A stretch of DNA of 64,000 bases, taken from Candidatus Kapaibacterium sp. Lineage in GTDB: Bacteria; Bacteroidota; Ignavibacteria; Kapaibacteriales; UBA2268. The position numbers were made by a program, and so were the translations under genes. Below, one piece after another: positions 27,404-35,715 of this stretch; the stretch's first letter is position 1, and every line of letters starts with the position of its first letter. Below the pieces are notes generated by a model. It searched no databases and was not told the origin of the DNA. It worked only from the letters and a program-made list of their open reading frames with translations. The DNA lies in contig OY762428.1 in assembly GCA_963665665.1 (NCBI GenBank), forward strand, positions 4,288,001 through 4,352,000, written 5' to 3'.

Positions 27404-30400
27404 TTAAAAACTGTTTACGCCGGTAATGGTGATTATATAATACTCAGGAGATGTATCAGCATCAACACTGAACTTGTATTGATCCCATTCTACTTCAGGA
27501 TCGTCCCATCTCAACATAAAGTTTTCATTAGGAACCGACTGAACTTGCGTTTTCGGCAGGTAGAATTTTATAGTAGCGTTTAGTCCGTCGGGACCTGATA
27601 ATTCCCAAAGAGATTCGGTAATTGCCTTTTCCAAAGTAAGTGGTAAAGTGGCAAATACCCTGGCTGCCAAAGTTTGTTGTGTTCCTCCTGACCAGGATAT
27701 TTGAATGAAAAAAGGGTTCCCTTTCACTCCGACAGGAAAGAAACAGGGGCTAGCATGACCCTGGAATTTGAGCATGCCTTCACCGCGGGTACTAATTATT
27801 CCGCTGCCGTTAATTGTACCAATAAGTACCAGGTCTTCATCACCTATGGTGATATTATAATTATTAAGATTCAGATTTTCACTTGTTGTTACTCCGTTGG
27901 TATGAATCGTACCACCGTTGTTGATAACAGCCAAAGCATCTGTCAGGTTGTCGAAGCAATCAACAAGCCATGTATGGCCGTCGTTGCCGCATGATGAACA
28001 ATAATTTTCGCTGACCCATAACTCGCCTCTTTTCTCGGGGGTTATTATCAGTGAGGGAACTGTGCCGTCAGTTTTGTAATCGATGTTTGATCCTGAATTT
28101 GTGTATGGGAATATTTTGAAATAATATGTCTGTCCCACTGTCAGGTTGATCAACTGTTGCGATTGAATTCCCTGGGCAACGTTAAAATTCAGGCCGTTTG
28201 TTGTTATCGGCGTTCTGTCAGCCGGATCAGTAATATCAGCAAGGCTTACAGTACTTCCGCGAATCAGGTAGCCATGAGGCAGGGTTCCGCCCGTAGCATC
28301 AGTCCAGGTTAGATTAAAATTTTTATAATTAACAAATTCAGAGTTGAAATTTGATACATGGTATGAAGGTTCTGGGTATATTGTCACTCCCTGGGCAGTT
28401 TCAGCCCCGCTTGTTTGGTAATTGTAAGTTTCGCTGTCAGAATTATTCCATGTGTATGGAATAAGCATATAATTGTATGTTGTATTTCCTGACAGGCCGT
28501 TATCAGTATAAGTAGTAGCTCCCTCGGCTATTGTTGAGGAAACCAGAGTAGTATTAGCTCCTGCAGCAGGAGCAAGTCCGTCTGATGCGGCAAATACCGG
28601 TATATTGGGGCTTGTTGCTCTGATCAATACATATCCTTTTGCAGTTGCTCCGCTAAGAGGCCACGCCGGAGCTGTCCAGCTCATTGATACCGATGAAGCA
28701 GTTGCTGCGTACTGGTCAAGGCCTGTTGTTGCAGGCGGTTCTGATGAGTAGGTTCTGAAATCAATTGTACTGCCGTAGCTGTTTCCTGCCGAGTTGTGGC
28801 CGTAAGCCCTGGCATTGTACCTTGTTTCAGCAGTCAGCGCTGTCAGGTTTCTTGTGAAAGATCCTGTTCCAAAGTCTCCAGTTTCATCTACCTTAGTTAC
28901 ATTGGCTCCACCAATTATCTTGTCAGTATTAGTATATGGATAATAAATAATGCCTCTCTCTGAACAATTTTCTCCTCCTGTAGCTGTAATATTGCCATTT
29001 CCAGTAGCAGATGTTGTTCCTATGGAACTAACTGCCTGCGTTGTTACTGTGGGAATTGTCGGATCTGTTCCGCTTGTCCATTCATAAGCCCCCATGTCTA
29101 TTGTTTTATTCTGGATACGGTCTTCGCCTCGCATATCCTTTAATACAACAACGTTAGGAGCTGCGACATAAGCATTATTCCCTGTATTGACACAGGGAGA
29201 AGAGCCATATAAAGTGAAATCATTATTTGCCGGATCAACGAATTTTGGATTCTCTGTAATATTATTGTTAGTAGCTGTGAAAGTACCGTTATTAAAAATA
29301 TCATTATTTTCATTGGAATAACAGGAATAATCTAATGTTGTTGTTCCATCAAATATATACATCTGATTGCCGGAAATTGATGCACTGTTTCCCCATATAA
29401 TTGAGTTTTTTATCGTAGGAGTTGATGAACCATCATTGAAAATTCCACCGCCTCTAAATGATGCACTATTATAACTTATTGTGCAATTGGTGAGTTCCGG
29501 TGATGATGCTAAATTAAAAATACCACCGCCGTCAACAGCGCTATTATTACTGATTTTACAATTAATGAGCGATGGTGACGATGAATAGTTATACAATCCG
29601 CCACCATCAGATGATCCTCCACCCTCTAATGATGCACTATTGTTACTTATCGTGCAATTGGTGAGCGATGGTGATGATGAATAGTTATACATTCCACCAC
29701 CATTAGAATGTGGTGAAACACCATCAGCTTTCCCACCCGTAATAGTAAATCCATCGAGAACTGCGGAACCGGTAAGGTTTAACCCGGAAGGATGATAAAA
29801 GACGTGATAGCAGTTATCTGAATTATCACCAATATTTCCAATATCCCCACTCAATATAGTTTCGTTTGCTTCAAAATCCCTATCATCAAGATCGAAAGTT
29901 GCTGTATCTTCGTTACCTTCAAAGCCACCGTATATAGCCACTCCGTCTTTCATCTGGAAAGTTTTATACCTATCTCCAGTTCCACCGACTTCTGTTTCTG
30001 GCTTATATGTTCCGGCGGCGACCCAAATCTCGTCTCCGGAAGTCGAAGCTTCGAGCGCGTCCTGAAGATCTTCGTACGCGTTGGTCCAGGAAAACCCGGA
30101 ATTAGCTCCGGATGCGTCGGCGTCTACGTAAATTATTCCTCTGGCGACTCCGCCTTCGTATGAGCCCATATCAATCGTTCCGCCTTGAATCCTTGCGTTT
30201 CCCGCAATGTCGTAAGTTTCGGAATTGGCCGAATTATCGCCGGAATTGAGACAGGGTGAACCGTTGTATAATCTGAAATCGCCGCTTGTCGTAGGCGCGT
30301 CCGCCGGGTCGACAGGATCGACAAAAAAAGGATTTTGATCAATATTGTCGGTATATGTTATCGAATTTCCGCCGTCGTCGCCGAAGGCCGCCCTTCCTCC

Positions 30401-33400
30401 CTGGATATCGCAATAGCTAAATATAGGCGAGGAAGAAGTATTGTAAACCTGGTTTCCTGAAACGCTTGCGGAATTGTTCCATATAACGCTGTTCTTAATT
30501 GTAGGCGAGCAGTTATCTATTATTAATCCGCCGCCGTCGGCGGCTCTATTACCGGAGAAAGTGCAGTTTACTACATTAGAATTGTTCTCGCATATACGCA
30601 AGGCTCCGCCTTTCTCATCGGCAGCGTTCCCGGAGAAAACGCAATTAGTAAATGTCCCCGGATTGCCGTAAATACTTAAAGCTCCGCCGTTCTTAGCGCT
30701 ATTATCTGCGAAGTAACTGTTTGTTATTGCAGGCGTACAATAAATCACATACATGCCTCCGCCATAATCAGAAGCCGAGTTCCCTGAAATGTGACAGTTT
30801 TCAATTACAGGCGAATTTCCTCTAAAAATATATACTCCTCCGCCAAATTTTTCGTAGCCATTGCTACCGGTTGCGCTCCCGTCTTTGATCGAAAATCCGT
30901 CCAGGCGCGTATCAGAATTGGTCTGGTACATAAAAACGACATGATAAGCATTCTCGGAATTATCTCCTCCGGAATCGTCGTCTTGGTTCAAATCTCCGCT
31001 AAGAATAGTTTCGTTGGCTTCTCCGGCACCGTAATTCGCTCTTTGCGAGATTGCCGTTTCAGTTCCCACAAACCCGCCGTATACTTTAACGCCGGAGGGA
31101 ATTCTGAAGCTTTCATTTCTGGCGGTCGTCGAAGTCGTTCCGTTACTGATGGTCCAGCCTTGAGAGGGATGGTAAGTTCCCGAGGCTACCCAAATTTCGT
31201 CGCCGTCGGCGGCAATACCCAAGGCGGAATTTAAATTTGTTAACGCGTCGGCCCAGGAAGAGCCGTCGTTTGCGCCGCTTGCGTCCGCGTCGACGTAAAT
31301 TGTTCCTCTGGATACTCCCGATTCATAGGATCCCATATCCGGGTTCCCAATTCTGGAATCTCCTTCAATATCATCGGAAGGAGCGCCCGTCGAAGTTCCC
31401 GCGTTAACGCAGGGCGACCAGTTTAATATTCTGAAACATCCTGCGGTTGAAGGAGCCGAAGCGGGATCGAGAGGAAAGGCGAAAAACGGATCGGAATCGA
31501 TATTATTCGTATAAGTTATTGTATTTCCGCCGCCGTCGCCAAAGGCCGCTTGTCCTCCTTGAATATCGCAGTAATTGAAAGTAGGAGAAGAGTTGGAGTT
31601 ATATACGTTATTCCCGTCGCTGCCCGCAGAATTTCCCCAGATTATACAATTTTTGAAAACCGGCGAACAGTTCCATGAGTTTTGAACGCCGCCTCCGTTA
31701 AATTGGGCCCTGTTGCCTGATATTGTAGTATTAATTACGTTGGGAGACGACCATGTATCATTCATAATTCCCGATCCGTAGTAAGAATAATTTCCGCTTA
31801 TTGCGCAATTAGTTATATCGGGAGAGCAATAGGAGGAGTTATAAATCCCGGCATAATAATTCGCGTCGTTTCCTTTAATGACGCAATATGAAATAGTCGG
31901 CGAAGAGTTATCGTTGTTGTATATACCCGCCGCTCTGTAAGCATCGTTCTCTTTGATGAGACAATTTTTGATTACAGGAGAGCTATTATCCCTGTTGTAA
32001 ATTGCCCCTCCGTTGTCATTAGGAGTCCCGCCGTTGCTATTAGCCGCCGTTATAGTGAAGCCATTAATCTCCGTAATGGAATTTATCTGGTAAAAATAAA
32101 CTACATGATAGGCGTTATCGGAAGCATTTCCGGAAGTTCCTATATCGCCGCTAAGAATAGTTTCGTTGGCTTCTCCTTCTCCAAAACCCGCTCTTTCTGA
32201 AACGGCGGATTCAGTTCCAGCAAACCCGCCGTATACTTTAACGCCGGAAGGAATTCTGAAGCTTTCTTCCCTGGAATCAGTTGAAGTAGTTCCATTTGCT
32301 ACGTTCCAACCTTGAGAAGGGTAATAAGTTCCCGCGGCTACCCAAATTTCGTCGCTGTCGGCGGCAATACCCAAGGCGGAATTTAAATTTGTCAAGGCGT
32401 CGGTCCATGAAGAGCCGTCGTTCGCTCCGGAAGCCGAAGCATCGACATATATTGTTCCTCTGGATACGCCGGATTCATAAGCGCCAATGTCGGGATTACC
32501 CGTACGGACGTTTCCTTCTATATCGTCAGAAGGAGCGCCGGTAGCAGTTCCGGCATTTACGCAAGGGGACCAGTTCAGAATTCTGAAATTGCCCGCAGTC
32601 GAAGGGGCGTTCGCCGGATTCAGAGAATAAGCAAAATTCGGATCCGAATCAATATTATTAGTATAAGTTATCGTATTTCCGCCGTCGTCACCAAAAGCCG
32701 CCTGACCGCCCTGAATATCGCAGTAAGAAAAATTTGGGGCGGCATCTCTACAGAATACCTGGTTTCCGGAAATACTCGCGCTATTTTTCCATAAAATACA
32801 GTTTGAAATATTTGGTGAGCAGGAAGAATGGAAATACAATCCGCCTCCCCATCGGGCTTTGTTGCCGCTTATAGTGCAATTTTTTAATGTCGGCGAACAA
32901 GAGGTATAAAAACGAATTCCGCCCTCGTTGTTACCGCTAATTACACAGTTGATTATCGTCGGATCGCACTGGTCATACATACTGATTCCGGTATTATTGT
33001 TTCCGTGGATAATACAATTTTTAATAATTGGATCGGAACGCCACCTAATATACATCCCGGCTGAGAAAGTACCCCTGTTGTCGGTAACGGCACAATTTAT
33101 AATAGTCGGAGAACTTGTGTAAAAGATATAGATACCGGCCCCGCTACGATCCGAACCGGAACCGTTAGCATTTCCCGATTCAATCGTAAATCCATCCAAA
33201 CGAGTATCGGAATTCGCTTGATAAAAATAGACAATATGATAAGCGTTATCGGAAGCGATACCGGGAGTTCCTAAATCTCCGCTGAGAATAGTTTCGTTGG
33301 CTTCGCCCGATCCGAAAGCCGTTCTTTCGCTAACGGCGCTTTCCGATCCGGCAAACCCGCCGTAAACTTTTACGCCGAAAGGTATTCTGAAGCTTTCTTT

Positions 33401-33709
33401 TCTGGCGGTCGTCGAAGTCGTTCCGTTGTCGACGTTCCAGCCTTGCGAAGGATAATAAGTTCCCGCGGCTACCCAAATTTCGTCGCCGGAAACTGCGACA
33501 GAGAGTGCGTCCTGGAGATCAAGATAAGCGTTAGCCCAGGAAAAACCGTTATCGTCGCCCGAAGTCGCGTCCGAGTCGACGTATCTAATCGTTCCGAGCA
33601 AGTCGCCGATATTGAAAATGAAGAAAAATAAGCAAAGAGAAATGATAATGCGAAAACCTTGCGATAGCTCGCTGCAAAAGTAAGCAAATAAATTCTTCAT
33701 GGCGGTCAT
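27404..33709 (-). CDS. 2101-aa surface protein: four parallel beta-helix (choice-of-anchor Q-like) modules, FN3-like domains and a C-terminal beta domain
   Basis: Four modules beginning YVDxxAS/TGxxxGxSWxxA...GDEIWVAAGTY, with SPxIxNC/GGG repeats and ending SPCVNxG...DMGAYE; FN3-like YNARAY, YYFKIFPY; no T9SS CTD recognised. Confidence 0.88.
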   Translation of the reverse strand: MTAMKNLFAYFCSELSQGFRIIISLCLFFFIFNIGDLLGTIRYVDSDATSGDDNGFSWANAYLDLQDALSVAVSGDEIWVAAGTYYPSQGWNVDNGTTSTTARKESFRIPFGVKVYGGFAGSESAVSERTAFGSGEANETILSGDLGTPGIASDNAYHIVYFYQANSDTRLDGFTIESGNANGSGSDRSGAGIYIFYTSSPTIINCAVTDNRGTFSAGMYIRWRSDPIIKNCIIHGNNNTGISMYDQCDPTIINCVISGNNEGGIRFYTSCSPTLKNCTISGNKARWGGGLYFHSSCSPNISNCILWKNSASISGNQVFCRDAAPNFSYCDIQGGQAAFGDDGGNTITYTNNIDSDPNFAYSLNPANAPSTAGNFRILNWSPCVNAGTATGAPSDDIEGNVRTGNPDIGAYESGVSRGTIYVDASASGANDGSSWTDALTNLNSALGIAADSDEIWVAAGTYYPSQGWNVANGTTSTDSREESFRIPSGVKVYGGFAGTESAVSERAGFGEGEANETILSGDIGTSGNASDNAYHVVYFYQINSITEINGFTITAANSNGGTPNDNGGAIYNRDNSSPVIKNCLIKENDAYRAAGIYNNDNSSPTISYCVIKGNDANYYAGIYNSSYCSPDITNCAISGNYSYYGSGIMNDTWSSPNVINTTISGNRAQFNGGGVQNSWNCSPVFKNCIIWGNSAGSDGNNVYNSNSSPTFNYCDIQGGQAAFGDGGGNTITYTNNIDSDPFFAFPLDPASAPSTAGCFRILNWSPCVNAGTSTGAPSDDIEGDSRIGNPDMGSYESGVSRGTIYVDADASGANDGSSWADALTNLNSALGIAADGDEIWVASGTYHPSQGWTISNGTTSTTARNESFRIPSGVKVYGGFVGTETAISQRANYGAGEANETILSGDLNQDDDSGGDNSENAYHVVFMYQTNSDTRLDGFSIKDGSATGSNGYEKFGGGVYIFRGNSPVIENCHISGNSASDYGGGMYVIYCTPAITNSYFADNSAKNGGALSIYGNPGTFTNCVFSGNAADEKGGALRICENNSNVVNCTFSGNRAADGGGLIIDNCSPTIKNSVIWNNSASVSGNQVYNTSSSPIFSYCDIQGGRAAFGDDGGNSITYTDNIDQNPFFVDPVDPADAPTTSGDFRLYNGSPCLNSGDNSANSETYDIAGNARIQGGTIDMGSYEGGVARGIIYVDADASGANSGFSWTNAYEDLQDALEASTSGDEIWVAAGTYKPETEVGGTGDRYKTFQMKDGVAIYGGFEGNEDTATFDLDDRDFEANETILSGDIGNIGDNSDNCYHVFYHPSGLNLTGSAVLDGFTITGGKADGVSPHSNGGGMYNYSSSPSLTNCTISNNSASLEGGGSSDGGGLYNYSSSPSLINCKISNNSAVDGGGIFNLASSPELTNCTISYNSASFRGGGIFNDGSSTPTIKNSIIWGNSASISGNQMYIFDGTTTLDYSCYSNENNDIFNNGTFTATNNNITENPKFVDPANNDFTLYGSSPCVNTGNNAYVAAPNVVVLKDMRGEDRIQNKTIDMGAYEWTSGTDPTIPTVTTQAVSSIGTTSATGNGNITATGGENCSERGIIYYPYTNTDKIIGGANVTKVDETGDFGTGSFTRNLTALTAETRYNARAYGHNSAGNSYGSTIDFRTYSSEPPATTGLDQYAATASSVSMSWTAPAWPLSGATAKGYVLIRATSPNIPVFAASDGLAPAAGANTTLVSSTIAEGATTYTDNGLSGNTTYNYMLIPYTWNNSDSETYNYQTSGAETAQGVTIYPEPSYHVSNFNSEFVNYKNFNLTWTDATGGTLPHGYLIRGSTVSLADITDPADRTPITTNGLNFNVAQGIQSQQLINLTVGQTYYFKIFPYTNSGSNIDYKTDGTVPSLIITPEKRGELWVSENYCSSCGNDGHTWLVDCFDNLTDALAVINNGGTIHTNGVTTSENLNLNNYNITIGDEDLVLIGTINGSGIISTRGEGMLKFQGHASPCFFPVGVKGNPFFIQISWSGGTQQTLAARVFATLPLTLEKAITESLWELSGPDGLNATIKFYLPKTQVQSVPNENFMLRWDDPEVEWDQYKFSVDADTSPEYYIITITGVNSF

Positions 33710-33823
33710 TTGATATGTTTCGAAATAATTTTTCTTTTGAAATTAATAATATATTTAAATTACTTATTTTTTTGTTATATATAAAGTAATTTTTATATAA
33801 ATTAATTAATAATTATACTATAA

Positions 33824-35136
33824 CCTAAATTTCTAAAGTAACTTAAAAATTACAAAAAATAGGAATACAATTACTGATTCCTCATGCCAGGATTTTTTAT
33901 CTGTCAGTATTCTCATCCAAAGACTGATATTGTATGCCAACACGCTTGTCTGCCAGTACATTTCGTTCTGGAAAAATTTCTTACCCAGTATGTCGCCGGC
34001 AAACATCTGATTCTTAACATTTTCAATCCAGTTCTCACTCTCGCCTCTGTCCCCATAAAGGCGATGTATAGCCAGGGGGCTGTCTTCAAGGTCAGAACAA
34101 TAGCAAAAGTAATCCCATTTCTTGTTTTCGAACAGAACTCCTTCTTTTTCAACGCTTTTCAGTATCCTTACCCCATAAAAGCGTCTGGCTTTTCTCCAGG
34201 AATTAGGTTTATAATAGAAATCGCAGATTTCCGTGCCGGGCATATACGGCACCTTCTGCCAGTCTTGCGGAGACAATACTTCGATCATATTTTTCAACTT
34301 AACTTTTATCAGGTAATTAACGCCTTTCTGCTCTGCACGGCCAATAAGCTTCTCGCTGAAAAATCCGCTGTCAGCCCTGAGAAGCAGATTCCGGATATCG
34401 GGGTGAATCATTTCCATAAGCTGGCTGAAGAATTCATCTGCTCCGTTGGCTGTATATGTGTTTCCGGGACGAAGCCAGCTCAACAGACATTCGCGCGTAC
34501 TGTTCAGGAAGGCCAACAACGGGTGATAACTCCTGGCTCCTTTTTTCTTTTCATTGAAACCCTTCTTAGCTCCCTCCTGATTGCCATAAACAGTCCGGAC
34601 AGATGAATCAAGGTCAATTATATCGCGCCGGGTCTCTAACTTTTCGTGAACCATACGGGAAAATTTTCCTATCAGGTTCATGTAGCTTGTCACCGAGCGC
34701 ATATTAGCCCGCCCCAGACGGTCGGCAAGAGTTGAATCGCTTACCTTGCCCGGCAGCCCCAGAATGCTTTGAACCAAAGGATCCAACGAGAACATTTCTA
34801 TCTTGGTAAGGCGGTTCATACCACTCTGGATGCCAAGAATCATTAGCGACAGCAAATCACCCGTTTGATAAGTAATATTGTGATGCAGACCTAAGTCAAT
34901 ATTATTTAAACCCTTAACCACACCGAGCTTCTTCATAAAATTGAATATGGTTGATATCCCTGAGAAATTTGTCAGTTCCCTGGCAGTAAATTCTTTTTTT
35001 GCTATGTTTTTTGCTGTATTTTTCTTATCTTTTTTCATCGGAAAGGTGTCGTTTGTTTTTTGTTAAAATGTTTTCTAACTAATTACAATATAATAAATTA
35101 CAACCACTTTTCCGGTCTTTATTTTAGATATTTAGG
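33824..35136 (-). mobile_element. IS1380-family insertion sequence (1313 bp), probably internally deleted
   Basis: Terminal inverted repeats CCTAAATTTCTAAAGTAA (33824-33841) and the reverse complement of 35119-35136, CCTAAATATCTAAAATAA (16/18); flanks TATAA and TAGAA form an imperfect 5-bp TSD. Confidence 0.85.
33833..35038 (-). CDS. tnp: IS1380-family DDE transposase, C-terminus likely truncated
   Basis: IIDLDSSV, YGNQEGAKKGFN, SYHPLLAF, LRPGN, LRADSGF, YGDRGESENWI, LAYN; ends in an atypical VIVFLFFVIFKLL with the stop inside the IR. Confidence 0.9.
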   Translation of the reverse strand: MKKDKKNTAKNIAKKEFTARELTNFSGISTIFNFMKKLGVVKGLNNIDLGLHHNITYQTGDLLSLMILGIQSGMNRLTKIEMFSLDPLVQSILGLPGKVSDSTLADRLGRANMRSVTSYMNLIGKFSRMVHEKLETRRDIIDLDSSVRTVYGNQEGAKKGFNEKKKGARSYHPLLAFLNSTRECLLSWLRPGNTYTANGADEFFSQLMEMIHPDIRNLLLRADSGFFSEKLIGRAEQKGVNYLIKVKLKNMIEVLSPQDWQKVPYMPGTEICDFYYKPNSWRKARRFYGVRILKSVEKEGVLFENKKWDYFCYCSDLEDSPLAIHRLYGDRGESENWIENVKNQMFAGDILGKKFFQNEMYWQTSVLAYNISLWMRILTDKKSWHEESVIVFLFFVIFKLL

Positions 35137-35543
35137 TAGAATTAAAACAAGATGGAACACTTGATGCATTGAAACATGATATAAATAATCATCTTATCAT
35201 CTTCAACGATAAAAGTTATAAAATGTTCATAATAAGATAAGTATTAATGGAAGGAGAAATCAATTTATCTCAAATTAAAAATTCGAAAAATTAGAATTAA
35301 TATGAAACCACTGCAAATATTGCTGATACAACTGATTAGCACTTTCCCGACCTCTGCCCAGATCCCTACGAGCAGTTCAGCGCAAAGGGTGCTGTATTGC
35401 AGATAATTCAGCTTACATAAGATTGATTATCATACAAAATCCGGGGCGTTTTTTCCGGATTTTGTACGATTTATGAGCGCCGTTGACGCAAAAATGTCTT
35501 TACAGAGAGAATCTGAATAAATGCTATTTTGGATTAAAAAATC

Positions 35544-35578
35544 AAAAAACCCGCTACAGTTCTACTTGTAGCGGGTTA
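35544..35578 (-). terminator. Rho-independent terminator downstream of tRNA-Lys
   Basis: AACCCGCTACA/TGTAGCGGGTT 11-bp stem followed by a T-tract on the minus strand. Confidence 0.8.
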
Positions 35579-35588
35579 GTTCTTTTTG

Positions 35589-35662
35589 TGCTCTCTGAGG
35601 GGCTCGAACCCTCGACCCACGGATTAAGAGTCCGTTGCTCTGGCCAACTGAGCTAAGAGAGC
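35589..35662 (-). tRNA. tRNA-Lys (anticodon CTT)
   Basis: GCTCTCTTAGCTCAGTTGGCCAGAGCAACGGACTCTTAATCCGTGGGTCGAGGGTTCGAGCCCCTCAGAGAGCA folds as a cloverleaf; anticodon loop CTCTTAA; CCA not encoded. Confidence 0.96.
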
Positions 35663-35715
35663 GTTGCAAAATTAATACATACGCTCCACATAGCCAAATT
35701 TTATTGTCATTTTTT

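Noticed and set aside
27371-27406. Stop readthrough or frameshift fusing the giant protein to the IPTL-CTERM ORF
   Set aside because: Several further in-frame stops lie in the 33-nt gap, and the downstream gene has its own RBS and signal peptide.
33884-34606. 240-aa ORF antisense to the transposase
   Set aside because: Shadow ORF with no recognisable motifs, opposite a clear IS1380 transposase.
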